Source: an uncultured beta proteobacterium
GTDB taxonomy: Bacteria; Pseudomonadota; Gammaproteobacteria; Burkholderiales; Thiobacillaceae
Direction: 5' to 3'
DNA: 64,000 bases
Assembly (NCBI GenBank): GCA_963746955.1
Contig: CAVVDR010000026.1
Location: 8,852 to 72,851, forward strand
Shown here: piece after piece, positions 63,121 through 64,000 of the stretch
How the letters are laid out: every line of letters starts with the position of its first letter
Position numbering within the stretch: position 1 is the first letter of the stretch
Made by a program: the position numbers and the translations under genes
Notes under the pieces: model-generated
What the model was told of the DNA's origin: nothing
What the model saw: the letters and a program-made list of their open reading frames with translations, nothing else
Database searches by the model: none

Positions 63121-63171
63121 CTCAAAAAAGGTGTCGGGGCGGCTCAGCCTAATCCCTCGTTGATCAGTTTT

Positions 63172-63984
63172 CTAGCTTCCGAGGCCCGGGGACAGGTGGG
63201 GCTTGAGCGTCTGAACCATCTGGCCGAAAATTTTCGGATTGGCGGCAAGGATGTTGCCGCTGTCGAGCCAGGTCTCGTTGCCGGCCAAATCGCCCACCAG
63301 TCCGCCCGCTTCCTGAACCAGAAGCGAGCCGGCGGCCAGATCCCACACATTGAGGCCGATTTCCCAGAAGGCGTCATAGCGGCCTGCGGCCACATAAGCC
63401 AGGTCAAGGGCGGCGGAGCCGGGACGGCGAATTCCCGAAGTGCGTTTCATGACATCGCGAAACATGTTGAGATAAGCCTCGACGTGGCTGAATTCGCGGA
63501 ACGGAAAGCCGGTGCCCACCAGACAGTCATCCAGCCTGTCCCGTTTGGAAACCCGAATGCGGCGGTCATTGACGAAGGCGCCGCGGCCGCGGCTGGCGGT
63601 ATAGAGTTCGTTGGCGACAGGGTCGTAAACGACGGCCTGCGTGATCTGGCCCTTGTGCCGCAGCGCAATTGAGACTGAGTACTGGAGCAGGCCGTGAAGA
63701 AAGTTGGTGGTGCCGTCGAGCGGGTCGATGATCCACTGATATTCATCAGCCTGTCCCTCCCGGGCCGGCCGGGTGCCAGTCTCCTCTGCTAAAATTCCAT
63801 GGCTTGGATAGGCCTCAAGCAGCGCTTCGATAATCACCTGCTCGGCGCTTTGGTCCACTTCACTGACATAGTCCCGCTCGGATTTGCTCCGCACGGTGAG
63901 GCGATCCAGATTGAGCGCGGCGCGATTAATGATCGCCCCGGCCTTGCGAGCGGCCTTGACGGCCGTATTAAGCATGGGATGCAT
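63172..63984 (-). CDS. suhB: Inositol monophosphatase family protein
   Basis: 270 aa with motifs [12 protein letters not shown] and WDLAAG. Confidence 0.93.
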   Translation of the reverse strand: MHPMLNTAVKAARKAGAIINRAALNLDRLTVRSKSERDYVSEVDQSAEQVIIEALLEAYPSHGILAEETGTRPAREGQADEYQWIIDPLDGTTNFLHGLLQYSVSIALRHKGQITQAVVYDPVANELYTASRGRGAFVNDRRIRVSKRDRLDDCLVGTGFPFREFSHVEAYLNMFRDVMKRTSGIRRPGSAALDLAYVAAGRYDAFWEIGLNVWDLAAGSLLVQEAGGLVGDLAGNETWLDSGNILAANPKIFGQMVQTLKPHLSPGLGS

Positions 63985-64000
63985 GGGAAACTGCGCGTGT

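Noticed and set aside
1-64000. Many long ORFs in the track lie antisense to, or in alternate frames of, well-supported genes (e.g. 19483..21294 -, 43617..45113 -, 16842..18065 -, 11273..12178 -, 5290..6108 -, 23390..24415 -, 53729..54136 +).
   Set aside because: These are typical shadow ORFs of a moderately GC-rich genome. Their translations are Arg/Gly/His/Pro-rich low complexity with no recognisable motifs, and each is fully covered by a gene with strong family signatures.
1-64000. I searched by eye for CRISPR arrays, IS elements or transposases, integrases, phage genes, toxin-antitoxin pairs and defence-system signatures.
   Set aside because: I saw no repeat-spacer periodicity and no DDE, tyrosine-recombinase or serine-recombinase-like translations. 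The only repeats found are the short ones reported (aroA heptamer, nuoC/D duplication, nuoI/J element, HU relic).

Overview
This is a chromosomal window with betaproteobacterial (Nitrosomonadales-like) gene order. It consists almost entirely of tightly packed housekeeping operons, many of them translationally coupled through ATGA/GTGA overlaps. Gene order: pheA(partial)-hisC-tyrA-aroA-cmk-rpsA-ihfB | PEP-CTERM protein, fatty-acid hydroxylase | hemH-hrcA(-) / nadK-recN(+) | fur(-) / bamE(fusion)-dapB-grxC-carA-carB-greA-DUF4149(+) | yhbY(-) / rlmE-ftsH-folP-glmM(+) | pstSCAB(-) | tpiA-secG-tRNA-Leu(GAG)-nuoABCDEFGHIJKLMN(+) | cupin(-), cytochrome b + molybdoenzyme + Met-rich peptide(+), HU-gene relic, MBL hydrolase and DUF924(-), hupB(+), pfk(-) | mutS(-) | RND efflux pair(+) | CPA1 antiporter(+), NhaD/ArsB-type permease(-), suhB(-). 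There is one tRNA. I found no rRNA, no CRISPR array and no recognisable transposase, integrase, phage or defence genes. I do not see a large novel multi-gene system. The best candidate is a three-gene periplasmic cassette at 48.3-50.0 kb: a di-haem cytochrome b, a Tat-exported lipoprotein of the sulfite-oxidase/MsrP fold, and a small secreted methionine-rich peptide. It resembles the MsrPQ/MrpX oxidant-scavenging logic but uses a different cytochrome family. Other observations that the gene list does not explain: a decayed tandem duplication of the nuoD 5' end that leaves a bridging mini-ORF; an inverted-repeat-bounded element with GTGAGGGG repeats between nuoI and nuoJ; a decayed HU gene copy 1.5 kb from the intact hupB; a BamE lipoprotein fused to an extra C-terminal domain; a sigma-54/IHF-type promoter in front of the PEP-CTERM gene; and a 1-nt frameshift in a G7 tract of the essential glmM. 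All homology calls come from reading the translations and from memory of motifs. No database search was run.
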